A stretch of DNA of 64,000 nucleotides, taken from an uncultured Candidatus Rokubacteria bacterium (GTDB lineage: Bacteria > Methylomirabilota > Methylomirabilia > Rokubacteriales > CSP1-6). Shown here piece after piece: positions 22,754 through 30,428 of this stretch; position 1 is the stretch's first letter, and the number at the start of each line of letters is the position of its first letter. A program made the position numbers and the translations under genes. The stretch is from the NCBI GenBank assembly GCA_963841755.1, contig CAWJDX010000011.1:412604-476603 (forward strand), given 5' to 3'. A model generated the notes under the pieces. That model was given only the letters and a program-made list of their open reading frames with translations. It searched no databases and was not told the origin of the DNA.

Positions 22754-24099
22754 GGGGTCCGGGCCCGCGGGACGAAGGTGAGCCGCGCGTACGAGGGGGT
22801 CAGGTAGCGGCGCGCCGCCGCCTGCACGTCCGCCCGCGTCACCTTGCGCACGCGGTCCACGTAGGCGCGCTCGTCCTCCAGGTTCCACGTGGTCTCGGCG
22901 CGGCCGTACGCGAGGGCGAGTCCCTCCACCGTCTCGCGCGAGAACTCGCGCTCGGCCTCCGACGCGGTGATGGCCCGCGCCAGCTCATCCGGGGTGACCC
23001 CCTCGGACCGGACGCGCTCGACCTCGGCCAGGATGGCGCGCTCCACCGCATCCGCGTCCCGGCCTTCCAGCTGAGCGGTGACGCCGATGGCTCCCGCGCC
23101 CTGCAGCGCTCCGTACCAGCCGCTGATGCTCGAGACGAGCCGCGCGCGCTCCCGCAGCGCCTGGTTGAGCCGGGAGCTGCGCGAGCCGCCCAGGATATGG
23201 CCGAGCACGTCCACCGCGGCCATGTCGGGATCCCCGAGCGGCGGCCCGAGCCACGCGAGCCCGAGCTGGGTCTGTCGCTCGGGCCGCTCCACCGCCCGGT
23301 TGCGGACGCCGTCGAATCGGCCGGGCGCGGGGAGCGGCGGGCGCGTGTACGGCGCGGCCGGCCGGGCGCCGAATGCCTGCAGCGCGGCCGCTCGCACCGC
23401 GGCCGGATCGACGGGGCCGACCACCACCAGCGTCATGTTGTTCGGGACGTAGTAGCGCGCGTAGTAGCCACGGAGGGTCTCCTGGGTCGCGGCCCGCAGG
23501 TCGGCGGCGTCGCCCAGCACCGGCCGTCCGTACGGGTGCTCCTGGTAGAGCAGGCTGTAGAGCTGGCGTCCCAGCGACGAGCGCGGGTTGTCCTCGTTCA
23601 GCCGCACCTCCTCGAACACCACCTCGCGCTCCCGCGTGAGCTCGGTGGGATCGAAGACGGAGTTGAGCACCATGTCCGCGATCAGGGCGATGCCCGGCAG
23701 CGCGCGGGCCGCGGGGAGGAGCAGGTAGTAGAAGGTATAGTCGTTGGAGGTCCCCGCGTTGGTGCGTCCGCCCACCGACTCGACCTCGGATTCCACGAAG
23801 CCGCGCGGGCGCGTGGCGGTCCCCTTGAACAGCATGTGCTCCGCGAAGTGAGAGAAGCCGCGCTCGCCCACTGCCTCGTCACGTCCCCCGACCCCGGTCC
23901 AGAGATGAATCGCCACGGTGCTGGCGGCGCGGTGCTCCTGGATGATGAGGCGCATGCCGTTCGGGAGCACCTCGCGGATCGGAGCCGGTAGACCGTGCGA
24001 TGGAGCGGACGGTGCGGTGCCGGTGGCGCATCCGGCTGTCGTGAGGAGGACGATCGCGAGCGCGCAGACGCTTCTGCGTCTGCTGGGGGTGGGGGTCAT
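22750..24099 (-). CDS. M16-family zinc peptidase, a predicted lipoprotein. It is the catalytic subunit.
   Basis: Intact 449-aa ORF with a lipobox LLTTAGC, the inverted zinc motif HFAEHMLFKG and the downstream glutamate region (EREVVFEE). Confidence 0.8.
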   Translation of the reverse strand: MTPTPSRRRSVCALAIVLLTTAGCATGTAPSAPSHGLPAPIREVLPNGMRLIIQEHRAASTVAIHLWTGVGGRDEAVGERGFSHFAEHMLFKGTATRPRGFVESEVESVGGRTNAGTSNDYTFYYLLLPAARALPGIALIADMVLNSVFDPTELTREREVVFEEVRLNEDNPRSSLGRQLYSLLYQEHPYGRPVLGDAADLRAATQETLRGYYARYYVPNNMTLVVVGPVDPAAVRAAALQAFGARPAAPYTRPPLPAPGRFDGVRNRAVERPERQTQLGLAWLGPPLGDPDMAAVDVLGHILGGSRSSRLNQALRERARLVSSISGWYGALQGAGAIGVTAQLEGRDADAVERAILAEVERVRSEGVTPDELARAITASEAEREFSRETVEGLALAYGRAETTWNLEDERAYVDRVRKVTRADVQAAARRYLTPSYARLTFVPRARTP

Positions 24100-24275
24100 G
24101 GCGCTCCACGGTATCAGAGCGATGATGAGGCCTCAAGGGAGTCTCTTCCGAGGCAGATTGTCGATCCCCCTACCGGCGGCATGCCGGGCAGAACGCCCTC
24201 GTGGGTATCGGAACCAGAGAGGATAGTGATTCCTAAGATATTGATAAGACGGCCATCTCTAGATGTGGATCCCAA

Positions 24276-24291
24276 TGGCACCGGGCCTGCA
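24276..24291 (+). promoter_or_regulatory. Candidate sigma-54 (-24/-12) promoter for the repeat-protein gene.
   Basis: TGGCACcgggcCTGCA matches TGGCAC-N5-TTGCA at 10 of 11 positions. It lies about 100 nt upstream of the ATG at 24390, in a lower-GC intergenic region. Confidence 0.45.
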
Positions 24292-24389
24292 TCCTAAGGG
24301 CGCGAGTTGGGGCCCCCAGGGGGCCAAGAGGTGGAGCGGCGGTGGAAACGAAGTCAGGCATGAAAACGCAGTCAGAAAGGACGAATTCA

Positions 24390-25551
24390 ATGAAAAAGGT
24401 TCTCGCGAGTGTGTTGAGCGTGGTCACGATGGTCTCGCTCTCGGCCACGGTCGGGATGGCGCAGACCTCCTGCCCCGCCGAGGTGGCGTCGGCCAAGGCG
24501 ATGCTGAGCCAGACCGCCAAGGCTCAGGACGTGCAGGCACCCCGGTCGCTGGCGGGTGCGCGGCAGGACGTGCAGGCGCCGCGTAGCCAGGACATCCAGT
24601 CGCCCCGGAGCCAGGACGTTCAGGCGCCGCGGTCGCTGGCGGGTGCGCGGCAGGACGTGCAGGCGCCGCGTAGCCAGGACATCCAGTCTCCGCGTGGCCA
24701 GGACGTGCAGGCGCCGCGTGGTCAGGACGTCCAGTCTCCTCGTAGCCAGGACGTGCAGTCGCCCCGCAGCCAGGACATCCAGGCTCCCCGGTCGCTAGCG
24801 GGGGCGCGGCAGGACGTGCAGGCGCCGCGTAGCCAGGACATCCAGTCTCCGCGCAGCCAGGACGTGCAGGCGCCGCGCGGTCAGGACATCCAGTCTCCGC
24901 GCAGCCAGGACATTCAGTCGCCCCGGAGCCAGGACATCCAGTCTCCGCGCAGCCAGAACATCCAGTCGCCCCGCAGCCAGGACGTGCAGTCGCCGCGGAG
25001 CCAGGACATTCAGTCTCCGCGCAGCCAGGACATCCAGTCGCCCCGGAGCCAGGACATCCAGTCTCCGCGGTCGCAGGACGTCCAGTCTCCGCGCAGCCAG
25101 GACATCCAGTCGCCCCGTAGCCAGAACATCCAGTCGCCCCGCAGCCAGGACGTGCAGTCGCCCCGGAGCCAGGACATCCAGTCGCCGCGCAGCCAGGACA
25201 TCCAGTCGCCGCGGAGCCAGGACATCCAGTCTCCGCGGCAGCCAGGACGTGCAGTCGCCCCGTAGCCAGAACATCCAGTCGCCCCGCAGCCAGGACGTGC
25301 AGTCGCCCCGGAGCCAGGACATCCAGTCTCCGCGCAGCCAGGACATTCAGTCGCCCCGGAGCCAGGACATCCAGTCTCCGCGGTCGCAGGACATCCAGTC
25401 TCCGCGCAGCCAGGACATCCAGTCGCCCCGCTCGGCCGAGTTCAAGAAGGCCTCGACCCTCGTGAGCGAGGCTGAGGCGGCGTGCAAGGCGGGCAAGTCG
25501 TCCGTGGCGGCCGACAAGGCCAAGGCGGCGATGGAGCTGCTCAAGAAGTAA
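24390..25551 (+). CDS. Secreted tandem-repeat protein. It has a signal peptide, about 38 repeats of the octapeptide SQD(I/V)Q(S/A)PR, and a short helical C-terminal domain. The frame is broken inside the repeats near 25238.
   Basis: ORF 24342..25265 from the internal ATG at 24390 (AAGGA SD; MKKVLASVLSVVTMVSLSATVGMAQ...), joined to ORF 25249..25551 (...SAEFKKASTLVSEAEAACKAGKSSVAADKAKAAMELLKK). The junction unit ccgcggCagccagg carries one extra base compared with the neighbouring units. Confidence 0.7.
24520..25430 (+). repeat. Tandem array of about 38 units of 24 bp (consensus cagccaggacatccagtcgccccg), plus a few 39-bp variants carrying ctggcgggtgcgcgg.
   Basis: Direct reading shows contiguous in-frame units with no spacers. 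The variation is mostly at wobble positions and in I/V and S/A codons. Confidence 0.85.
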
Positions 25552-25571
25552 GTAGCGCCGAAGGAAAGCGA

Positions 25572-25608
25572 CGGCCCCGGGGCAGCTCTCCCGGGGCCGT
25601 TTCTTTTT
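25572..25608 (+). terminator. Intrinsic terminator after the repeat-protein gene.
   Basis: A 10-bp GC stem (cggccccggg / cccggggccg) with an 8-nt loop, followed by tttcttttt. Confidence 0.7.
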
Positions 25609-25614
25609 CCGTGG

Positions 25615-26367
25615 TCAGACGAGCCGGGCCCGGAGTCGCGACGACGCGAAGTCGACCGCCATCACGAGCGCGATGAGCACGAGCAGGACCGAGGCGGCGG
25701 CCGGGTAGTTCAACAGGCGCAGGTAGGTCTGGACGTAGAAGCCGATTCCCCCCGCCCCCACGAAGCCGAGGATCGCGGCGGCCCGGATGTTCGTCTCGAA
25801 GCGGTAGAGAGTGAAGGAGAGGAACTGGGGCACGAGCTGGGGCAGCACGCCCCAGCGCAGCACCTGGAGCGCGGTGGCTCCGGTGGCCCGGACCGCCTCG
25901 ACCGGCCCCGGCTCGATGGCCTCGATCGCCTCCGAGTAGAGCTTGGCCAGCACCGTGACCGTGTAGACGATCACCGCGAGGACGCCCGGGAACGGGCCCA
26001 GCCCGACCGCGGCCACGAAGAAGAGGGCGTACACCAGGGTATCGATCGCGCGGAACGCGTTGAGCAGCGGACGCGCGGTGTAGAAGAGCCAGGGCGGCGC
26101 GGCATTGCGGGCCGCCGCGAAGCCGATCGGCAGCGCCAGCACCGCGGCGACCACCGTGCCCACGATCGCGATCTGGATGGTCTGGATCGCTCCGCGCAGG
26201 GCATTGCCGAACACCGACGGATCCGGGGGCACCATTCGCCGCAGGAAGTCCCACATGAACGGCAGGCCTTCGATCGTGCGGCCGATCGAGACCTCGGTGG
26301 CCACCGCGGACCAGACGAAGACCGCGACGAGCGCGACCCAGCCGGCCCAGCGGCCACGGTGGCTCAC
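25615..26367 (-). CDS. phnE: Phosphonate ABC transporter permease.
   Basis: Intact 250-aa ORF, polytopic, with the EAA-like loop (...AVRATGATALQVLRWGVLPQ). Confidence 0.75.
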   Translation of the reverse strand: MSHRGRWAGWVALVAVFVWSAVATEVSIGRTIEGLPFMWDFLRRMVPPDPSVFGNALRGAIQTIQIAIVGTVVAAVLALPIGFAAARNAAPPWLFYTARPLLNAFRAIDTLVYALFFVAAVGLGPFPGVLAVIVYTVTVLAKLYSEAIEAIEPGPVEAVRATGATALQVLRWGVLPQLVPQFLSFTLYRFETNIRAAAILGFVGAGGIGFYVQTYLRLLNYPAAASVLLVLIALVMAVDFASSRLRARLV

Positions 26368-27119
26368 GCGGCGTTACCGGTCGCGCCCGGCCCGAAGATC
26401 CGCGCGGTGGCCGCCCGGTCCAGCGAGGCGGGCGGCCCGTCGTGGACCACCCGGCCCTGATGGAGCCCGATGATGCGCTGCCCGTACGCCTGCGCCAGCT
26501 CCAGCACGTGGAGCGAGGTGATGACCGTGATGCCGTCTTCCTGGTTGATCCGGCGCAGCAGCTCCATCACGGTGTGGGCCAGTGCGGGGTCGAGGCTCGC
26601 CATCGGCTCGTCGGCCAGGATGACCGCGGGTCCCTGGACCAGGGCGCGGGCGATCGCCACCCGCTGCTGCTGTCCGCCCGAGAGCGTGTCGATGCGGCGG
26701 GTGGCGAGACCGACGAGGCCCACCCGGCCGAGGGTCGCCTCGGCGCGCGCCAGGTCGGCCGGCTCGAACCACCCGATCAGGGAGCGCCATCGGCTGGTGA
26801 GGGCGAGCCGGCCCAGCACGGTGTTCTCGAGCACGCTCAGGCGGCGCAGCAGGTTGAACTGCTGGAACACGAACCCGACTCGCGTGCGGACCCGGCGAAG
26901 GGCCTCCGGGGTGGCCCCGGTCACCGCGACGCCGTCCACCTCGACCTGCCCCGCGGTGGGCGTGACGAGGCCGTTCAGGCACCGGAGGAGCGTGGACTTC
27001 CCCGCCCCGCTCGGGCCGATCAGGGCCACGAACTCTCCCCGCCCGATGTCGAGGTCGATCCCGTCCAGCGCGGGCGAGCCGCCGGAATACTCCTTGCGGA
27101 GCCCTCGGACGCGGATCAC
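26364..27119 (-). CDS. phnC: Phosphonate ABC transporter ATP-binding protein.
   Basis: It is the C-terminal 251 aa of ORF 26364..27482, from the GTG at 27117-27119: VIRVRGLRKEYSGGSPALDGIDLDIGRGEFVALIGPSGAGKSTLLR...LSGGQQQRVAIARAL...ILADEP. The start overlaps the HIT stop (GTGA). Confidence 0.75.
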   Translation of the reverse strand: MIRVRGLRKEYSGGSPALDGIDLDIGRGEFVALIGPSGAGKSTLLRCLNGLVTPTAGQVEVDGVAVTGATPEALRRVRTRVGFVFQQFNLLRRLSVLENTVLGRLALTSRWRSLIGWFEPADLARAEATLGRVGLVGLATRRIDTLSGGQQQRVAIARALVQGPAVILADEPMASLDPALAHTVMELLRRINQEDGITVITSLHVLELAQAYGQRIIGLHQGRVVHDGPPASLDRAATARIFGPGATGNAA

Positions 27120-27445
27120 CGGCGGCCGGCGGTGAAGTGAAAATGGATGTGGTCGACGACCTGCCCGCCCTCGGGCCCGGTATTGCAGGACAGGCGGTAT
27201 CCCCGCTCCGCGTAGCCGGCCCGCTCGCCGAGGAGACGGGCCACGTGGATGCACCGTCCGATCAGCGGAGCGTCGCCCGGCTCGAGGCGCGCGATGGACT
27301 CGATGTGGCGCCGGGGAATGATCAGGAAGTGGATCGGCGCCTTCGGGTAGAGGTCGCGGAACGCCACGACCTCGTCGTCCTCGTACTCGATCTCGGCCGG
27401 GCTCTCCTTGGCCGCGATGCGACAGAAGAGGCAGGGTTGGGTCAC
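27116..27445 (-). CDS. HIT-family (histidine triad) nucleotide hydrolase.
   Basis: ORF 27116..27445 with the CLFCRI zinc-binding start and the HIHFH triad. A GGGAGGAG SD lies before the GTG. Confidence 0.8.
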   Translation of the reverse strand: MTQPCLFCRIAAKESPAEIEYEDDEVVAFRDLYPKAPIHFLIIPRRHIESIARLEPGDAPLIGRCIHVARLLGERAGYAERGYRLSCNTGPEGGQVVDHIHFHFTAGRR

Positions 27446-27459
27446 GGCTCCTCCCGCTC

Positions 27460-27468
27460 GTGTATAAT
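27460..27468 (+). promoter_or_regulatory. Candidate extended -10 promoter (TGTATAAT) for the small zinc-ribbon ORF.
   Basis: A perfect TGnTATAAT sits 48 nt upstream of the ATG at 27516, in a 70-bp divergent intergenic region. Confidence 0.35.
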
Positions 27469-27515
27469 GCTCGACGCGTCACATCCTGTCAGTAATTCCG
27501 TTGGAGGAGAATGAC

Positions 27516-27638
27516 ATGGGGACCTGCCCCAAGTGCAAGCTTCGTATCCGGAAGAACGGTAATCACGTCAAGCTGGGATCGGTCTGGGTCCACAAGATGT
27601 GCCCACCGAAGCCCGGCGTGTCGACCAAGCGCGCCTAG
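27516..27638 (+). CDS. Small (40-aa) zinc-ribbon-like protein.
   Basis: MGTCPKCKLRIRKNGNHVKLGSVWVHKMCPPKPGVSTKRA (CxxC...C). GGAGGAG lies 6 nt upstream. Its stop converges on the methyltransferase stop. It is below the ORF-track length threshold. Confidence 0.4.
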   Translation: MGTCPKCKLRIRKNGNHVKLGSVWVHKMCPPKPGVSTKRA

Positions 27639-28360
27639 CTCGTCCCGCCTCCACCCTCCCGCCGTAGCGTCATCAGCAGCAGCATCGGCCACCCGACGTA
27701 GCGCGCGCCGCGCGGGTGCGCCGCCGCGAGGGCGACGTCGACCGCGTGCTCGCTCAGATGGTCGGTGACGAGTCCCGCCGACCGCGCGGCCGTCGTGTAG
27801 TCGCTCACCTGGTACGGAAAGCTCGCCGGCTGGATCGGCGCTCCCGTTCGCGCATCGTGGAAGCGCGCCTGCACCCCGCGCAGCATCATGGCCGGATGCA
27901 TGGCCGACACCACGATGAGGCCTCGGGGCGCGGGCGCGCAGACGCGGGCGAGCTCGCCGAAGAAGGAGGCCAGGTTCGCCACGTGCTCCAGCACCAGGCA
28001 GCAGAGCACGCGGTCGGCCGCGCCGTCGTCGAGCGGAAGCCGGGTGGTCACGTCGTGGAGGAGGAAGCGCACGCGCTCGGCGCCGGCCTTGGCCCGCGCG
28101 ATCTCGAGCATGCGCGGCGAGAAATCGAGCGCGGTGACCCGGGCGCCGGCGGCCGCGAGCCGCACCGCGTGCCGGCCGGTGCCGCAGCCGACGTCGACCA
28201 CCGCCAGCCTGTCGACCGCTCCCAGGAGAGGGTTGAGGTGGCGCTCCTCGAGCGCGATGAGCGGGTTGCCGTCGGTGTCGTAGACCTCGGCCCACCGATC
28301 GTAGCCTTCTCGCGTTGGCACCAGTCGGGGTGCGTCGGCGTCGAAATCCGGGTCGGTCAT
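27635..28360 (-). CDS. Class I SAM-dependent methyltransferase.
   Basis: ORF 27635..28609 trimmed to the ATG at 28358-28360 (MTDPDFDADAPRLVP...). It carries motif I (VVDVGCGTG) and motif II/post-I (ALDFSPRML, RVLCCLVLEH). Confidence 0.75.
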   Translation of the reverse strand: MTDPDFDADAPRLVPTREGYDRWAEVYDTDGNPLIALEERHLNPLLGAVDRLAVVDVGCGTGRHAVRLAAAGARVTALDFSPRMLEIARAKAGAERVRFLLHDVTTRLPLDDGAADRVLCCLVLEHVANLASFFGELARVCAPAPRGLIVVSAMHPAMMLRGVQARFHDARTGAPIQPASFPYQVSDYTTAARSAGLVTDHLSEHAVDVALAAAHPRGARYVGWPMLLLMTLRREGGGGTS

Positions 28361-28411
28361 CGCCGCGCCCGCCTTTGCCCCGATACCGCGGGAGAGGGCC
28401 GAAACCCCAAC

Positions 28412-28486
28412 CTCAAGACCGCCAAGGTCCTGCGCTTGACGATCCCCCCGTCCCTCCTCGCGAGGGCCGACAACGTCATCGAGTGA
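28412..28486 (+). pseudogene. Orphan 3' remnant of a PF04392-type ABC substrate-binding protein gene.
   Basis: It translates to ...NLKTAKVLRLTIPPSLLARADNVIE*. This matches the conserved C-termini of the two intact island paralogs (NLKTAKALGLTIPPSLLQRADQVIE). Nothing upstream is homologous. Confidence 0.5.
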
Positions 28487-28608
28487 TCGGAGGGTGCCGC
28501 GAGGGCTCGTCAAGGTGGGTGACCCTCCCTCGAACGCGGCAGCAGTGCGGGTGCCGCAGCCGCATCGAGAGAGGGCCCATCTACGCCGGCTTCGACGACC
28601 GACCGGCA

Positions 28609-28626
28609 AATGGTGGAGGGTAAGGG
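28609..28626 (+). repeat. Left direct repeat (attL-like) of the tRNA-Ala-associated island.
   Basis: ATGGTGGAGGGTAAGGGA is identical to 39756..39773, which is the 3' end of tRNA-Ala. The left copy is embedded in an imperfect palindrome (ggtggagg...cctccacc). Confidence 0.6.
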
Positions 28627-28805
28627 AGCCTCTCCCTCCTCCACCGCCATCCTCGGAAGTGCGCGTCGTACCTGATCAGCACGCTACCGCTGTCCTTTCG
28701 CAATGAGTTGCGACCGGCGATGGTGTTCCTCTTCCATCGCGTGGCGTGCCCTTCACGCGATACCAACGAGACCAATGGGAAGGAGACCGAACTAGCTGCC
28801 TGACC

Positions 28806-29162
28806 TTACGCGCGGGCGTAGTTGCTCGCCCCGAACCAGTCGACGACCACGACGGGTTCATTGCCGACGACCCACGCGTCGTGGCCGGAGGGCAACGCGG
28901 TCACGTCGCCGGGAAGGGCGTCGAACTCCGAGCCGTCGGACATGACGATGTGCAACGTGCCCGACACGTGGTACTGGAAGTGGGGTGCTTCGCACCAGGC
29001 CGTTTTCGCGATCGGCTTCACGTGCTCCGACCACTTCCACCCGGGCTGGAGCGTGAGCTTCCCCACCACGCCGCCGCCGATGTTGACCAGTTCCGCCTTC
29101 CCCTTTGGGAACTCTTGAACTTGGTCCGGTTTGCCGAACAGCTTGTGCTCCGCAGATGCCAT
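28806..29162 (-). CDS. Cupin-domain protein.
   Basis: Intact 118-aa ORF (MASAEHKLFGKP...HFQYHVSGTLHIVMSDGSEF...). Its GC and codon usage look lower than in the core genes. Confidence 0.75.
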   Translation of the reverse strand: MASAEHKLFGKPDQVQEFPKGKAELVNIGGGVVGKLTLQPGWKWSEHVKPIAKTAWCEAPHFQYHVSGTLHIVMSDGSEFDALPGDVTALPSGHDAWVVGNEPVVVVDWFGASNYARA

Positions 29163-29358
29163 AGCACTCTCCTTGTCTTGTCGAGTCCTCGTTCGTCGAT
29201 AGCGCGATTCTATGCAGTGCGAATCGCCCTCGTCAACCGTTCAGCGCCCCGTACGGGACTACGAGTCCTGCGGTGTACTTAGGTCTTGCCCCGCCAGCTA
29301 CACTGGAAGTGTGAGACCGCCGACCCGCACCGCTCCCGCTCCCGTCACCGTCGTTGCC

Positions 29359-29601
29359 ATGCAGCCCACCATAGTGGCCCGCCCGTTCCACGTCGAGGGG
29401 TTCGTCTACGAGGAGAATGTTAACGGCTACCGCATAGTGGCCTACAAGCAGGGGAGAGGCGGGGAGGAGGAGGGAGTCATGAGCGCCGATAACCGGCGGA
29501 TCGACGGTTCCAACGACGACTTCGCCCTGCTACGCCGACTCTTGGCCGAGGCCGTCGAAGAGGGTCGGCTCCGAGGGTACAGGGCAAGGCACGCCTCCTG
29601 A
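29359..29601 (+). pseudogene. Remnant of a LigD-like ligase N-terminus. Only about 30 aa of homology remain, followed by an unrelated tail.
   Basis: MQPTIVARPFHVEGFVYEENVNGYRIVAYKQG is paralogous to the N-termini at 36954 (AQPFHRDGWVYEEKYGGWRMVAYKDG) and 32979 (VPRPFHTKRWVYEEKYDPWRMLAVKEAG). Confidence 0.45.
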
Positions 29602-29624
29602 GGCAGGGGCAGTAAACTGAAGGC

Positions 29625-29990
29625 ATGGCCCGGGTGCTGATCGTGGACGACGAGCCGGTCATGCGTGAGTTGATCGAGGTAACGTTGGAGGACGCCGGCC
29701 ACGCCGTCGAGAGCGTCGCGAGCGGCCGCGCCGCGCTGGAGCGACTCGCGCAGCACGCCTATGACCTGATCGTGTGTGATCTGCACATGCCGGATCGGGA
29801 CGGGCCGGCTGTCTACCGCGCGATCGAGCGGCGGTCGTCACCCCGGCCGGCGTTCCTGTTCATCACGGGCTACGCCGAAGGCGGCCCCTACGAGGAGTTC
29901 ATCAGGGCCACGCGGTCGCCGGTCATGACCAAGCCGTTCGTCATCGACGTCCTGCGGGAGACGGTAAGCCGGCTGCTCGGCGGATCATAA
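29625..29990 (+). CDS. Stand-alone response-regulator receiver domain (CheY-like).
   Basis: Intact 121-aa ORF with the DD, D54-equivalent (IVCDLHMPDRDG), T and K (MTKPF) positions. A GAAGG SD precedes it. No cognate kinase lies nearby. Confidence 0.8.
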   Translation: MARVLIVDDEPVMRELIEVTLEDAGHAVESVASGRAALERLAQHAYDLIVCDLHMPDRDGPAVYRAIERRSSPRPAFLFITGYAEGGPYEEFIRATRSPVMTKPFVIDVLRETVSRLLGGS

Positions 29991-30059
29991 CGCGATAGCC
30001 CTGGTCGGGAGACTGGAAAGAGATCGTGTCCTCCGTCACCTCCCCTTCGCGCGCCTCCC

Positions 30060-30203
30060 CTACCACCGCCGCCCAACCCACTCCAGGATGTCGGGTGACT
30101 CGTCCCGAGTCACCAGGTCTCCGTCGAGGTGCTTCAGGATCTCGACCTTGGCGCGCTGGGGATCCCGCCGCAGCAATCCATCCAGCGGTTCCAGTTTGTT
30201 CAT
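30060..30203 (-). CDS. Small hypothetical protein (47 aa).
   Basis: MNKLEPLDGLLRRDPQRAKVEILKHLDGDLVTRDESPDILEWVGRRW, starting at the internal ATG of ORF 30060..30275. There is no homology call. Confidence 0.25.
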   Translation of the reverse strand: MNKLEPLDGLLRRDPQRAKVEILKHLDGDLVTRDESPDILEWVGRRW

Positions 30204-30428
30204 GACCCAAGCGGGGTGGACCCGGGCCGGCCGGACGGGCCGAGGCCTTCTCGATGGGCGCCCACTCAGCCGCATCCACGCCGAGACGAGGCCCGGGCCC
30301 GCATCTGCTCCTCGGAGGCTTCAGCCCCATCTGACTGGCGTATCCAGGGCAAGAGCTGCAACATACGTGCGCTGTTCCAGCGGCCGAGTTGACCTGGACA
30401 CTATGCGGGCGGAGCAAGGAGAACACGT

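Noticed and set aside
24520-25430. The tandem repeats considered as a CRISPR array.
   Set aside because: The units are contiguous with no spacers. They maintain an open reading frame with synonymous and conservative variation. There is no cas gene and no leader.
24795-25544. Minus-strand ORFs encoding MSWLRGDWMSWLRGD... repeats.
   Set aside because: They are the antisense reading of the 24-bp tandem array. The plus-strand frame has a signal peptide, SD, promoter and terminator, which the minus frame lacks.
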